A stretch of DNA of 63,696 nucleotides, the filler included. It is 14 parts of 14 records of this genome, joined end to end, with 100 filler letters (N's around TTAATTAATTAA, not from the genome) between each part and the next. Parts side by side here need not be neighbours in the genome. Positions count along the whole stretch, not along the records: positions 53,976 to 57,037 come from SRR15195285_5682; positions 57,138 to 60,349 come from SRR15195285_5686; positions 60,450 to 63,696 come from SRR15195285_5695; 11 more parts are not named here. One strand, written 5' to 3'. The position numbers and the translations under genes were made by a program. The notes beneath the pieces were generated by a model, which was given only the letters and a program-made list of their open reading frames with translations, did not search any database and had not been told where the DNA came from. This document shows positions 54,507 through 63,696 of the stretch, piece after piece; positions within the stretch are counted from its first letter, which is position 1, and every line of letters begins with the position of its first letter.

Positions 54507-56852
54507 CTACAATGCGGTGATATCACCGTCTGGCTCGATAAGTGCAGGTGGCGGGCCGACAGGCTCGCTGCCGTCACCATCAATCTTCGGGGCCGACTCA
54601 GGTACGCTTGGGGGCGGCCCAGAAGGCTCCACGCCATCGGATGCCACCGGGCTCGAAGTGTCGGCTGAGTGCTCCGAGCTGGTGCCACTGGCAATCGTGT
54701 TGACAGCAGCTGGCAGCTCAAGCACTGCTTCGCTGCTTTCGTCTTCCCCAATCATTCCTTTCGCTATGCTGATTGAAAGTACCATGAATGCGGTCGCCAT
54801 GCCGACCGCCAAAATGCAAGAGCGGTAACCCCACTTCAAAGAGCTCACTTCCGCTACTGCGCCACCAATCAAAGGTGCCGCAGCATAGCCGAGAAGATTG
54901 TAGAGGAACATGGCAATAGCTGAGCCGAACGACCGAAGCTGTGGCTGCACCGCGTTGATGCAGACACCTGTTGCTGGCGACACGATTGCCCCACCAAACA
55001 AGAGCACCAACCATAGCGCCACCATCACCGTGTTGAAATCGTTGGAGAATGCTGCTGGTATTGATGCTAAGACGGCTCCGATGGCGAACACGCCGCATGT
55101 TCGCAGCGTACGGTGTGCCGCTGCCCCAGGTAGCTCGGAAGAATTAGGATCGTCCTTGTAGCCGCCTTGTTTGTCTATCAGCACACCGCCAAGGAATACT
55201 CCAATTACAGGACCGGTCACGGAGGCCACGGAGAACACAAACACCACTGTCTGTGCGTCGGCGCCAAGGCCTCCTTCCTCCTTTGCCAGCGTCGCATAAT
55301 CCGTGATCCAGAATTGCACGCCTGTAACGACGAAGTACACGCTGCATAGCGACAAGGTGAGAGCCACCCATAACTGTGAGGAAAAAAGCTGCTTCAGCTG
55401 CTGCCCGACGCGACTACCACCTCCCACGCCGTTCCCATTGCTGTTCGAACTACTTGGTTGAACAGCAAACAATTCCATCACACCGACGAGACGATTTGTG
55501 TTGTCAATCGCCACACCAGACAGCAGATCGCCCTCTGCAGGCTCGGGCACTTCGGGCTCGAGGTCGCTCTCATCGATCGCGTATGGCGATTCCTCCAAGC
55601 TGGCGCCCCTTGCAGAGCGCAGCTGTGCCACCCGCGCAATCGCGGAGCGGGTGCCTGGATCTTGCAGCACCGAGAGCTCGTATGCCTCTCTCGTCGTGGT
55701 GACAAGCGTGCTTGTGGCCACTGAATGTTTCATCTTGGATAATACCTTCGCTGGAGTGAGCTGCTTTTCGATTTCCATCTGCGCCATTGAATCAATATTT
55801 TGCGGCTTCAGTGCGGCAATCATCTCGCGATACAGGACATTCCGTCGTGCCCGAAGGCGCTCAGCTAGGCCACCTTTGGCGTTCGTCCACCGCACGGGCA
55901 GAACGAGGAAAAGTACCACGAACGAGGCCATGCACGCCGCCTGAATGCACAATGCATACTTCCATCGTGGATTGTAGCATCCGAAATCCTCCTCCGTGTC
56001 AAACTCCTCAACACCAGTACTTGCCAGCGCGCTGAAATTCTTCCCATTCATGCTAAGCTCCTGCCGCTGCTCCTTCGTGAGCGCAGACAGGTCTATGCTC
56101 GCGCGGTCTGTGTCGATGATCCCTTCCTCAATGAGAGCATCGTCTTCGGCTGGACAGACCATCGGCAGCCACTTCGTCACGAAGAGCCCGGTGGTGACGT
56201 AGCCCGCAACGATTCCTAGCACGACGGCACCCTGCAGCCCCGCCATCCAGATCCCCTGGGCTGCCGCAGGGGAGAACTCGTCAACCCAGACCGGGGCATA
56301 AACGAAGATGCAGCCTTGCGACACGCCCATGAGGGTGCGGCCAATGTACAGCGTCGTGTGGGTGTCCGCGAACGCAAACATGAGGGTGGACAACGAGTTC
56401 AGGGCCGCAGCGCCTGCAATCAGGCGATTCTGGAACGTCGTGTTTGTCAGCTGGTAGCCAGCCACTGGAGTGCCGATGACCATTCCGACATAGACCAACG
56501 CGCCGAGGAATCCTGCAACCGTGTAATCCAGGTCAAACTCCACCATCACCTCGCCAACGCACGCCGGCAGAACGCCGGCGTCGAAGTTTGCAGTGATCTC
56601 AAGAAAGCAGAACGCGACGAACACCAGCGTGACCTTGCCCTGCTCGGCCTCCTCCTCCTCGACGGCCTTGGTCTCCGCCTCCTCGAACAGCGTGAGCGCG
56701 GACACATTCTCGCCTGACTCCGCCACGATCACGGACTCGCCGCGCGGCCGCACATCGTCCTTCGTGCGAATCCACTCGATGTTCTTCTGCGTGAGAGTGT
56801 CGCGATCCGCCTGCACATGAGCGTCCGCCTCGCCCAGCAGTGAGCCCTCCAT
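54507..56852 (-). CDS. MFS transporter, Spinster-like
   Basis: NFDAGVLPA, GRTLMGVSQ..YAPVWVDEFSP and YFVVTGVQFW. Two TM bundles flank a long central loop. Confidence 0.88.
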   Translation of the reverse strand: MEGSLLGEADAHVQADRDTLTQKNIEWIRTKDDVRPRGESVIVAESGENVSALTLFEEAETKAVEEEEAEQGKVTLVFVAFCFLEITANFDAGVLPACVGEVMVEFDLDYTVAGFLGALVYVGMVIGTPVAGYQLTNTTFQNRLIAGAAALNSLSTLMFAFADTHTTLYIGRTLMGVSQGCIFVYAPVWVDEFSPAAAQGIWMAGLQGAVVLGIVAGYVTTGLFVTKWLPMVCPAEDDALIEEGIIDTDRASIDLSALTKEQRQELSMNGKNFSALASTGVEEFDTEEDFGCYNPRWKYALCIQAACMASFVVLFLVLPVRWTNAKGGLAERLRARRNVLYREMIAALKPQNIDSMAQMEIEKQLTPAKVLSKMKHSVATSTLVTTTREAYELSVLQDPGTRSAIARVAQLRSARGASLEESPYAIDESDLEPEVPEPAEGDLLSGVAIDNTNRLVGVMELFAVQPSSSNSNGNGVGGGSRVGQQLKQLFSSQLWVALTLSLCSVYFVVTGVQFWITDYATLAKEEGGLGADAQTVVFVFSVASVTGPVIGVFLGGVLIDKQGGYKDDPNSSELPGAAAHRTLRTCGVFAIGAVLASIPAAFSNDFNTVMVALWLVLLFGGAIVSPATGVCINAVQPQLRSFGSAIAMFLYNLLGYAAAPLIGGAVAEVSSLKWGYRSCILAVGMATAFMVLSISIAKGMIGEDESSEAVLELPAAVNTIASGTSSEHSADTSSPVASDGVEPSGPPPSVPESAPKIDGDGSEPVGPPPALIEPDGDITAL

Positions 56853-57137
56853 CCGATTGGACGCAGAGGACCGTCCCTCGGTTGGCGAAGATTGGCTGGC
56901 CCAGCCCCAAACTCACCACTCACTCACCATCCTATACAGCCCTCAGCCCTTCCGCGCCTCACCGCCGCCTCCATCCCCTCTCCACACACCACCACCACCA
57001 CCACCATCACCACCACCACCACCACCAGCAGCAGCAGNNNNNNNNNNNNNNNNNNNNNNNNNNNNNNNNNNNNNNNNNNNNTTAATTAATTAANNNNNNN
57101 NNNNNNNNNNNNNNNNNNNNNNNNNNNNNNNNNNNNN

Positions 57138-60100
57138 AAAAAGAACTCAAAAAGGCCGAAAAGAAGAAGCAGAAGGTTGAACGGGCTGCGGCGAAAGCAG
57201 AGCGGAAATATCTCAAAAAGAAGGCCAAGGCCGAGAAAAAGGAAGCAAAGCGACGTGCGAAGGAGCGCAAAAAGCTTCTGAAGCAGGGGCTTCTGGTAGA
57301 GGAAGACGAGGAAGAGGACGTGCTGGAGCCGGAACCACACAGATTTCACCGTGCTGGTTGGGAGGAGACTGGCGTTACTGTCACAGTGGTCTTCGATTAC
57401 GTGCCGAAACTATGTTTAGAGAAAACACACACATTCCTCGACGACTACACAGTCCGGTATGCACACAAGGAAAGCAATGCTGGCGTCGAGGGGTGGATGG
57501 AGGTGTCGGAGAGCTTAGGGCCGTTCAAGTCAAGATTCTGCTATATCCAGCGGCATCCCTACCCATGCTTTAAGTTCGTTCGCGATGCATCCAATGTCAG
57601 CACCCTCGAGACACTAGGCTTACGCAACAGCTTGAAGTTATGCACAGTCGCGGGCTCCCAGATCCTGTCGCTCTTCAGTGGCCACGACAAAAACTCAGCG
57701 ACAACCGCTCGCAAGAACATCAGTTTCCAACTGGTGTCATACGAGGACGCTGGAACTGGTCGACAGGAGGAGGCTCAGATTGGACTGATGGCGGGCACTG
57801 TGGTGGGAGCATCTAATCTGAAAACCCAGCAAGAGGCAGAAGGTGTTTTGATGGTTGAGGAAGTCAAGTTTGGTCAGGTCGGGAAGCTTGATGGTGGAGC
57901 CGTAGTTGCTGCATATGCTCCGGGCGGTGCGGCTGCTCAGGAAGAAGACAATGATGCTAATGAATCAGATGGTGAAGCTCAAGATGAGGACAGGTTTGAT
58001 GAGGAGGATGAGGGCATTATTGAGTTGCAATCTCCTGTGCGGTATATGGCTGTGCGCCGCACGACACTGCGGAATGGGTCTAGTCTGGAATCTGAGCAGC
58101 GAGGTCATGTTAAACGTGGAGAAATCATCTTGGCTACACACTCCAAGATGCTAGGAAATCTCAAGCGGATTCGCTGTCAGCACGGATGGTGCAGTACCAC
58201 AACAGTCAGCGGACGCAGCGTTCTTCTCATCAGTGAGAACAGCGAGCACAGATACTACAAAGCCAACAAAAGCACTCCTATAGGAGCTGACATTCCGATG
58301 TCTGCAAAACAAGTTGGGTCTGTCAAAAAAGGTGACGTTGTCGAGGCTCTAGAGTTTGCAAAGGATTCCGGCAGTGGTGGTGTGAACAGAATCCGTGTGT
58401 CAGAAGGATGGATCAGTGAGCTTGACACGACTTTGAGCGGAACAATCGATCCTTACTGTGTAATCCAAGCTGTCCCGGTTGGCGGGTGGCCTTCAGCGAG
58501 CAGCAGCAGCAGCAGACTGCAGCGAACAGCAGGTCCCAGAGATCCGGATGATGACTTGGAGCAGAGCAGACAACGAGCTGCCCAATCGCTCCGCACCCAC
58601 GTCATTGAAGACAGCACTGATCCCGAATGGAATCACGACTTCGAATTTATAGTATATCCTTCGTCGTGGAAGCTAGTTGTTAGTGTGTTCGATGCTAATT
58701 CGACATCAACAACGCCAATCGGGATGGGCGAGGTTGAATATAGCAAGGACGACAATCATTCTATCCCGGGGAAGGCGGTCTTTGGCTCCGGTGTAGGTAA
58801 GATCATAGAGTTGAGCAGTCGAGAAGGAACTGTGGTGAAGGTTCAATTGGTCAGCGAGTGCGGCAAGGGCAAGGTCAAATCTGCAGGATCAGTGTTGATC
58901 GAGATGACTTACACTGACTTAATTCCCACAGAGGAGCTAGTTGCTGCACGAGATCGAGCCGGCGGTGATTTTCACAAGGCGATGATGGTCGAGGAAAAAG
59001 CAGAGAAGGTTTACCGGTTCCGGTGCATGAATAGTGAGTTGCGACGTTCTTGGCTGACTGCACTGCGCTGGGTGGCAACAGGGTGTGATGCTTACAAGTG
59101 CAGATCTGCGGTTCCAGATCGGCTACCCTCCGCACGGATGATCGAGGCCGATGCCGGAAGGCTGGAGAGCGACATTTCGCTGGTCGATCTGCCGTTTTGC
59201 CGTTCCTCGCTGCTCATTCAGTCTCTGTACAATCGACGGGTGATGGGCTCGCATAAGCCTACGTTGCGATGGCTGACATACGTTGTGTTCAATCTAGAAA
59301 CGTTCGGTTGGTCACAAGGCTCTGTGCAGCTTGGCAGGAAGAAACGGAAGCAGCTTGGGTTTGATGGTGCCACGTTGAGCGATCTGCGCGGCTTGAACTT
59401 TCACCTAACCTTGGAGCGACTTTGCTTGCTGCACTATGGCAAAGCGAAATGCCTGTCATACGATGAGCAGATGCAGGAGTACCGAGCGGAGGTCTACCAC
59501 TGCAGTATGCACTTGGTCTGTAGTGCAGTGGGCTGGTGGGTTGCTCGCAGGCGTATCGGTAAGACGTGGGGTGGATACCAGTGGCCTTGGGATGCCCGTT
59601 TTAGGAATTACCCCAACGTGTACAAGGCGGCCATCGAAGGCGCGTGTGCATCTCGGGTTAGAAGTCTCGTTCTGCTCCGCAAATGCATAGAGACGCGGGG
59701 TAGGCCGGAGCTTCTGGGAGTGGATCTGCCATCACGGGTGAGGCTGGCCCCGAAAGCGAACGAGAGGGGCACGTGTGGCTGCGGTGGTGGTGACTCGGGG
59801 ATGATACTCGAGGAAGCCGCAGACGACGACAGCTCTTCCATCGAGCGGGCGGATGTGGAGGCCGCCTTTAAACGACTCGACACTGACGGAAGCGGGCTCC
59901 TAGACCACAAAGAAGTCAAGGAGGCCCTGATGAATATGACGGGCAGTGCTGAGGAAGAGGAGGTAGACCGAATGGTCGCTGCGATGGACGCAGACCAAAA
60001 CGGCGAAATCGATATAAACGAATTCGTTGACGCTATGATGAGGATTCTCCAGTCGGCCGACTCGGAGACCAAGAACAGCGACGATGAAGATTCTGATTTG

Positions 60101-60163
60101 GACGAGTTCCAAATCCCACTAGCCAAATTACAAGTAGCACTGCTGAGTGAGGTGAATGAATGA
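57138..60163 (+). CDS. Multidomain signalling protein: split PH, C2, two SH3-like repeats, EF-hands; 5'-partial
   Basis: C2: DPYCVI..RTHVIEDSTDPEWNHDFEF..LVVSVFD. PH C-terminal helix: YRFRCMNSELRRSWLTALR. EF-hands DTDGSGLLDHKE and DADQNGEIDINE. Confidence 0.78.
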
Positions 60164-60761
60164 GTACAGTACCATAGTCCATACCGTGGTGGACGCCGGA
60201 CAGCTCTTCGCAACCTGCTGGAGGCAGGTGGTGGTAGCTAAACCCCCACCACGGGGTTCTAGTCCTGGAGGTAGTTGGTTTAGATTGGGTGATTCCTCTT
60301 GCCTAGTTCTTTACTTTCCGACTGCCTAGACGGTAAATGGTTCAGCAGCNNNNNNNNNNNNNNNNNNNNNNNNNNNNNNNNNNNNNNNNNNNNTTAATTA
60401 ATTAANNNNNNNNNNNNNNNNNNNNNNNNNNNNNNNNNNNNNNNNNNNNTTGGAGTAGATAGAACTCACTGATAAATGCAATCAGACTCCGCGGACCCTC
60501 CCGAGACACTGTTTTTTCCGCATATCAGTAGACTACTAGTACAGTAGTAGTTCTGGCCCCACCTGTGGATCGAATCCCGACCCACCGCTGGGTTGCGTAA
60601 TTCGCGAATTCCAGTGCAAACGCGCGCGCGCGGGGACGGAAAACGCAGCGCGATCGGCGAGGGGGGCCATCGCGGTTCCCATACAGTTGACTGGGGGCGC
60701 TTTTCATTTCTGTACCCATACAGTTGACTGTGGGTGGTAGGGCCTCTGGAGTCGGCCTCGG

Positions 60762-62346
60762 ATGCTCGCGCTGCTGCTGGCGCTGCTGGCGCTGCAGTGG
60801 CGCTCCGTCGCTGGCTCGCCGCCGCCGCGCACGTTCATGTGGGACGGCGCGGCGATGCTCGCGGTGCGCAACGCTTCGTGGCCAGTCAGCGACCCTGCGC
60901 TGCGGCCGGTGCTCGAGCGGCTCGCGGAGGATGCTGCACAGGCGGCGGTGCAGGGACCGTGGTCAGGTATGCATTATTGTGATCATGCCACTTCCCTTAT
61001 CTTGACATGCCTGACATACTTGTGGTGGTTGGCGATGTCACAGTGATGGACAAACCGCTTACACCGCCCAGCGGTGACAAGCACGACTACATGTCCGTCG
61101 GCTCCTATTGGTGGCCTTGCAATCAGATGTGTAACGCGACGCTGTTCCCGAAGCCGGGCGAGTGCGCAGCCTGGAACGATTCGGACCTAGGTGCGCCTCT
61201 TGCCTCTTTCTTCCCAGCCGCACACGATGGATATTCATCGTGTCCCGCTCGAGCACCGGTCCACTTCTTCAGCAGAACGAGTGATAGAGTGCGCTCTCCA
61301 TCGACGCAGGTCCGAAGGGGCCGCCGTTTCCGAACTGCAGCGCAGCGACAGGTCTGCCGTGGTATGACCACGATGGTTACCACAACCCGCTGAGCGACGA
61401 GACGGACTCGCCGCAGAAGAGCAAGCTGACCGATGCGGTGGAGACGCTCACGCTCTCTGCGTTCTACCTTCGGAATGAATCCCACGCCGAGCGCGCAGCC
61501 CTGCTTCTACGCCATTGGTTCCTGGACACTACGACGAGAATGAATCCGAATGCAAACTTTGCTCAGGGGATCCCCGGCCGGTGTCCTGGTCGAGGCATCG
61601 GGTTGATCGACTTCGCGTCGGAGTGGCCGGTGGTGCTTGATTGCATCCAGCTGCTGACCTGGCTCGGCGTTGAAATTGACGCAGAGGCGATGCGCGAGTG
61701 GTGGGTGAGGTGGCTCGACTGGGTTTGGTCGAGCTCGAATGGTCGCGACGAGCGCGCAGCGAAGAACAACCACGGCAGCAATTACGACGTGCATGTCTTG
61801 GCCGTTGCGGCGTACGTTGGCAACATGACCATTGCTGCTGACGTCTGTTCGGCGGCTGCGCACGCGCGCCTCGATGTGCAGATCGGAGCCAATGGCACGT
61901 TGCCGCTGGAAGATTCCCGCACAAAGAGTCAGGGGTACCACGCATTTGACACTAGAGCGCTCCTGGCGCTGGTCGGTGCTTGCCGCAAAACTTTTGCGTC
62001 GTCCGAACCTTTTCGCAAACGCGTTCATTTTCCAGCGAACAATGCGAATTTCTTGTACGAGTACAAGTCTGCGAAGACGCACGCTGGACTGTTCGACGTC
62101 GTTTCTTGGCTGCTCCCGTACGCGCGTGATCAAGGGCGCAAGTGGCCATTTCGGCAAATTATTCCATTCGATCGCAGCGAATACTCGACAATATATAGAC
62201 TGGCGGCGCTGGCTCCAGCTGGCTCCACAGAGTGGAGCAAGCACGCGCGGGCGTTCGAGGCGGTCGCCGAGCAGCAACCAGGCTACAGTACCAACCGCAT
62301 CGCGCTAACCTTTCCACTCACAGCTAGAGAGGTATCTCAGAGTTGA
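60762..62346 (+). CDS. Secreted alginate lyase-family polysaccharide lyase (PL5-like), 3 exons
   Basis: Signal peptide, PPSGDKHDYMSVGSYWWP, RMNPNANFAQGIPG..GRGIGLID and NNHGSNYD. Introns 60967-61043 and 61191-61309. Confidence 0.88.
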
Positions 62347-62612
62347 CGAGTGCCAGTAGTGGCAGTGCAAACGGACGGCGCCCCAACTATGGAGGATCGC
62401 AATGATAGGCATTCCGAGAAACCGCCGAAACAAAGCCACAGTTGAATTTGGCAGTGCACACTCGCATGCGCACACACACGACCCACCTTGTCACGGAGCA
62501 CTGTAGGTCGACTCGCTTAGTCAGCCGAACACACTGTATGTCATGCGAAACGCCGCGCAGCTCGAAGTTGCGTCCACGTTCCGTACCCTGATCAGTGGCA
62601 GATCAGGGGAAA

Positions 62613-63461
62613 TCAGTGGCAGATCAGGGGATATGGTGCAGTGTGCACAACGAATGAACCGCATATGCGATATGGTGCGTACACAATGGTGCATTGGTCG
62701 ACCGTGCCGTCGCCGTTCAGGCCAAGGGTCGTCGACGTGATGTTCAGTTTCCCATTCGATGGCGCACTTGCCGCACATGGTGCATCGCTAAGGGGCGCGT
62801 TAGCCTTCGCCGCCGCCAGCGCGATCGCCTCTGGTGTGCCTTTCCTCGGTCGCGGAGCGGGAGTTGGCAGCACACTCGCGGTGACTACGCTGTGCGCACC
62901 GATGCTGCGACTCTTCAGGATTATCGTGTAGTCCGTGAGCGGAGGGAGCGGCATGAGCTCTGCCGAGGAGCGCACGAAGCCGGTCGGCCGGTCGACGCGA
63001 ATATTTTGCACGCGCAGCCGCGTAGTCGTGAACGCTGCGCACAGGCCGTCGATATCGCCCGCCTCGGCGCCGTCCTCGGTGGTGGTCGACGGCTTGAGAA
63101 GCGACGAGCGCATTGCAGTCGCCGTACCGCCGCTGCTGCGGCCACCGCCGCTCCCGCCGCCGGACTGCCGCCGAGCTTTGCCAAGGCGCGCAGCCGCCAG
63201 CTGCCGCGGCGTGACGACGGCTCCTGCAGCAGCCGCCGCCGCGCTCGTCACACCCTTCCGACCAGATTTCCGCAGGCGCGACGACACCGTCACGATCGTC
63301 GGCTTCCTACGCGCCTGCTGGCCCCCGCCGCCCTGCCGTCGTCTGGACCCCTGTTTCCGGATCCCGCCTCCACTGGCACAGACACAAAGCAAGAAGCTCA
63401 GCGGTGGCAACAAGAGCGAGTACCCTGCATCGACGCAAAGCTGATGCTCCCAGCTTTTCAT
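62613..63461 (-). CDS. Basic low-complexity hypothetical protein; ends uncertain
   Basis: Long open frame, G/R/A-rich, no recognised domain; probably spliced. Confidence 0.35.
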   Translation of the reverse strand: MKSWEHQLCVDAGYSLLLPPLSFLLCVCASGGGIRKQGSRRRQGGGGQQARRKPTIVTVSSRLRKSGRKGVTSAAAAAAGAVVTPRQLAAARLGKARRQSGGGSGGGRSSGGTATAMRSSLLKPSTTTEDGAEAGDIDGLCAAFTTTRLRVQNIRVDRPTGFVRSSAELMPLPPLTDYTIILKSRSIGAHSVVTASVLPTPAPRPRKGTPEAIALAAAKANAPLSDAPCAASAPSNGKLNITSTTLGLNGDGTVDQCTIVYAPYRICGSFVVHTAPYPLICH

Positions 63462-63696
63462 CGCTGCCCGACAGACAGCGAGCAAGGTGGTGGCTCCGAG
63501 AGAAGCGACAGGGAGGAGCGCGAAGCAGCGCCAGGGTGCAAAACTTCGAGCAGAAGTAGCAGGATGTGTCCAAGTTGGGTGACAGACAGACACATAGACG
63601 CACAGACAGAGCTGAAAAGTTGAAAAGTTGGAGTTACTGGTGGATTGACTGCAGCGATGAGACGCGACACACACACACAGAGAGAGAGAGAGAGAG

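Noticed and set aside
4095-60449. Regularly recurring TTAATTAATTAA as a biological repeat or CRISPR-like array
   Set aside because: Always centred in an exact 100-nt N pad; it is a synthetic six-frame stop linker
60550-60600. tRNA-like T-loop GGATCGAATCCC, and GGTTCTAGTCC at ~60254
   Set aside because: No acceptor stem, D-arm or anticodon arm can be formed
5678-62346. Alternative genetic code or stop readthrough to explain fragmented ORFs
   Set aside because: Nearly all breaks are resolved by canonical GT-AG introns, and TAA, TAG and TGA all terminate genes
43772-62346. Bacterial contamination as the source of the bacterial-like CAZymes
   Set aside because: The genes contain spliceosomal introns and signal peptides, and the MGH1-like gene shares a contig with the intron-rich HMCES gene
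62591-62631. 20-bp direct repeat ATCAGTGGCAGATCAGGGGA twice
   Set aside because: Two adjacent copies without a spacer; simple slippage, not an array
62694-63623. Long plus-strand ORF and the many other overlapping or antisense ORFs in the track
   Set aside because: Shadow ORFs expected in GC-rich DNA; no recognisable motifs, and most lie opposite well-supported genes

Overview
This window is not one locus. It is 14 short contigs of a GC-rich, intron-containing unicellular eukaryote (protist-like, probably a metagenome-assembled or single-cell genome) joined by 13 synthetic 100-nt linkers (44 N + TTAATTAATTAA + 44 N), so adjacency across linkers means nothing. Short GT-AG introns (about 60-180 nt) could be placed by hand and restore reading frames in most genes. 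Recognisable genes are an XPB/ERCC3 helicase carrying two N-terminal bromodomains, a TPT/SLC35E transporter, a tandem PhyH-like dioxygenase, a cNMP-IQ-Cj0069 ATP-grasp fusion, a CTL/SLC44-like mosaic membrane protein, a Sel1 protein, an EF-hand/cNMP K+ channel, a giant coiled coil with an isolated dynein microtubule-binding domain, an SRAP/HMCES protein spliced to a PNKP-type FHA domain, a Venus-flytrap receptor TKL kinase, TPR, ankyrin and MFS proteins, a C2/EF-hand protein and several secreted bacterial-type CAZymes. The strongest novelty candidates are unusual domain fusions: SRAP-FHA with a blocked catalytic Cys, bromo-bromo-XPB, the motor-less dynein stalk and the cNMP/calmodulin-regulated Cj0069. 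Two nucleotide-level oddities occur in the channel gene. All family calls are by-eye motif recognition; no searches were run. No rRNA, convincing tRNA or CRISPR array was seen.
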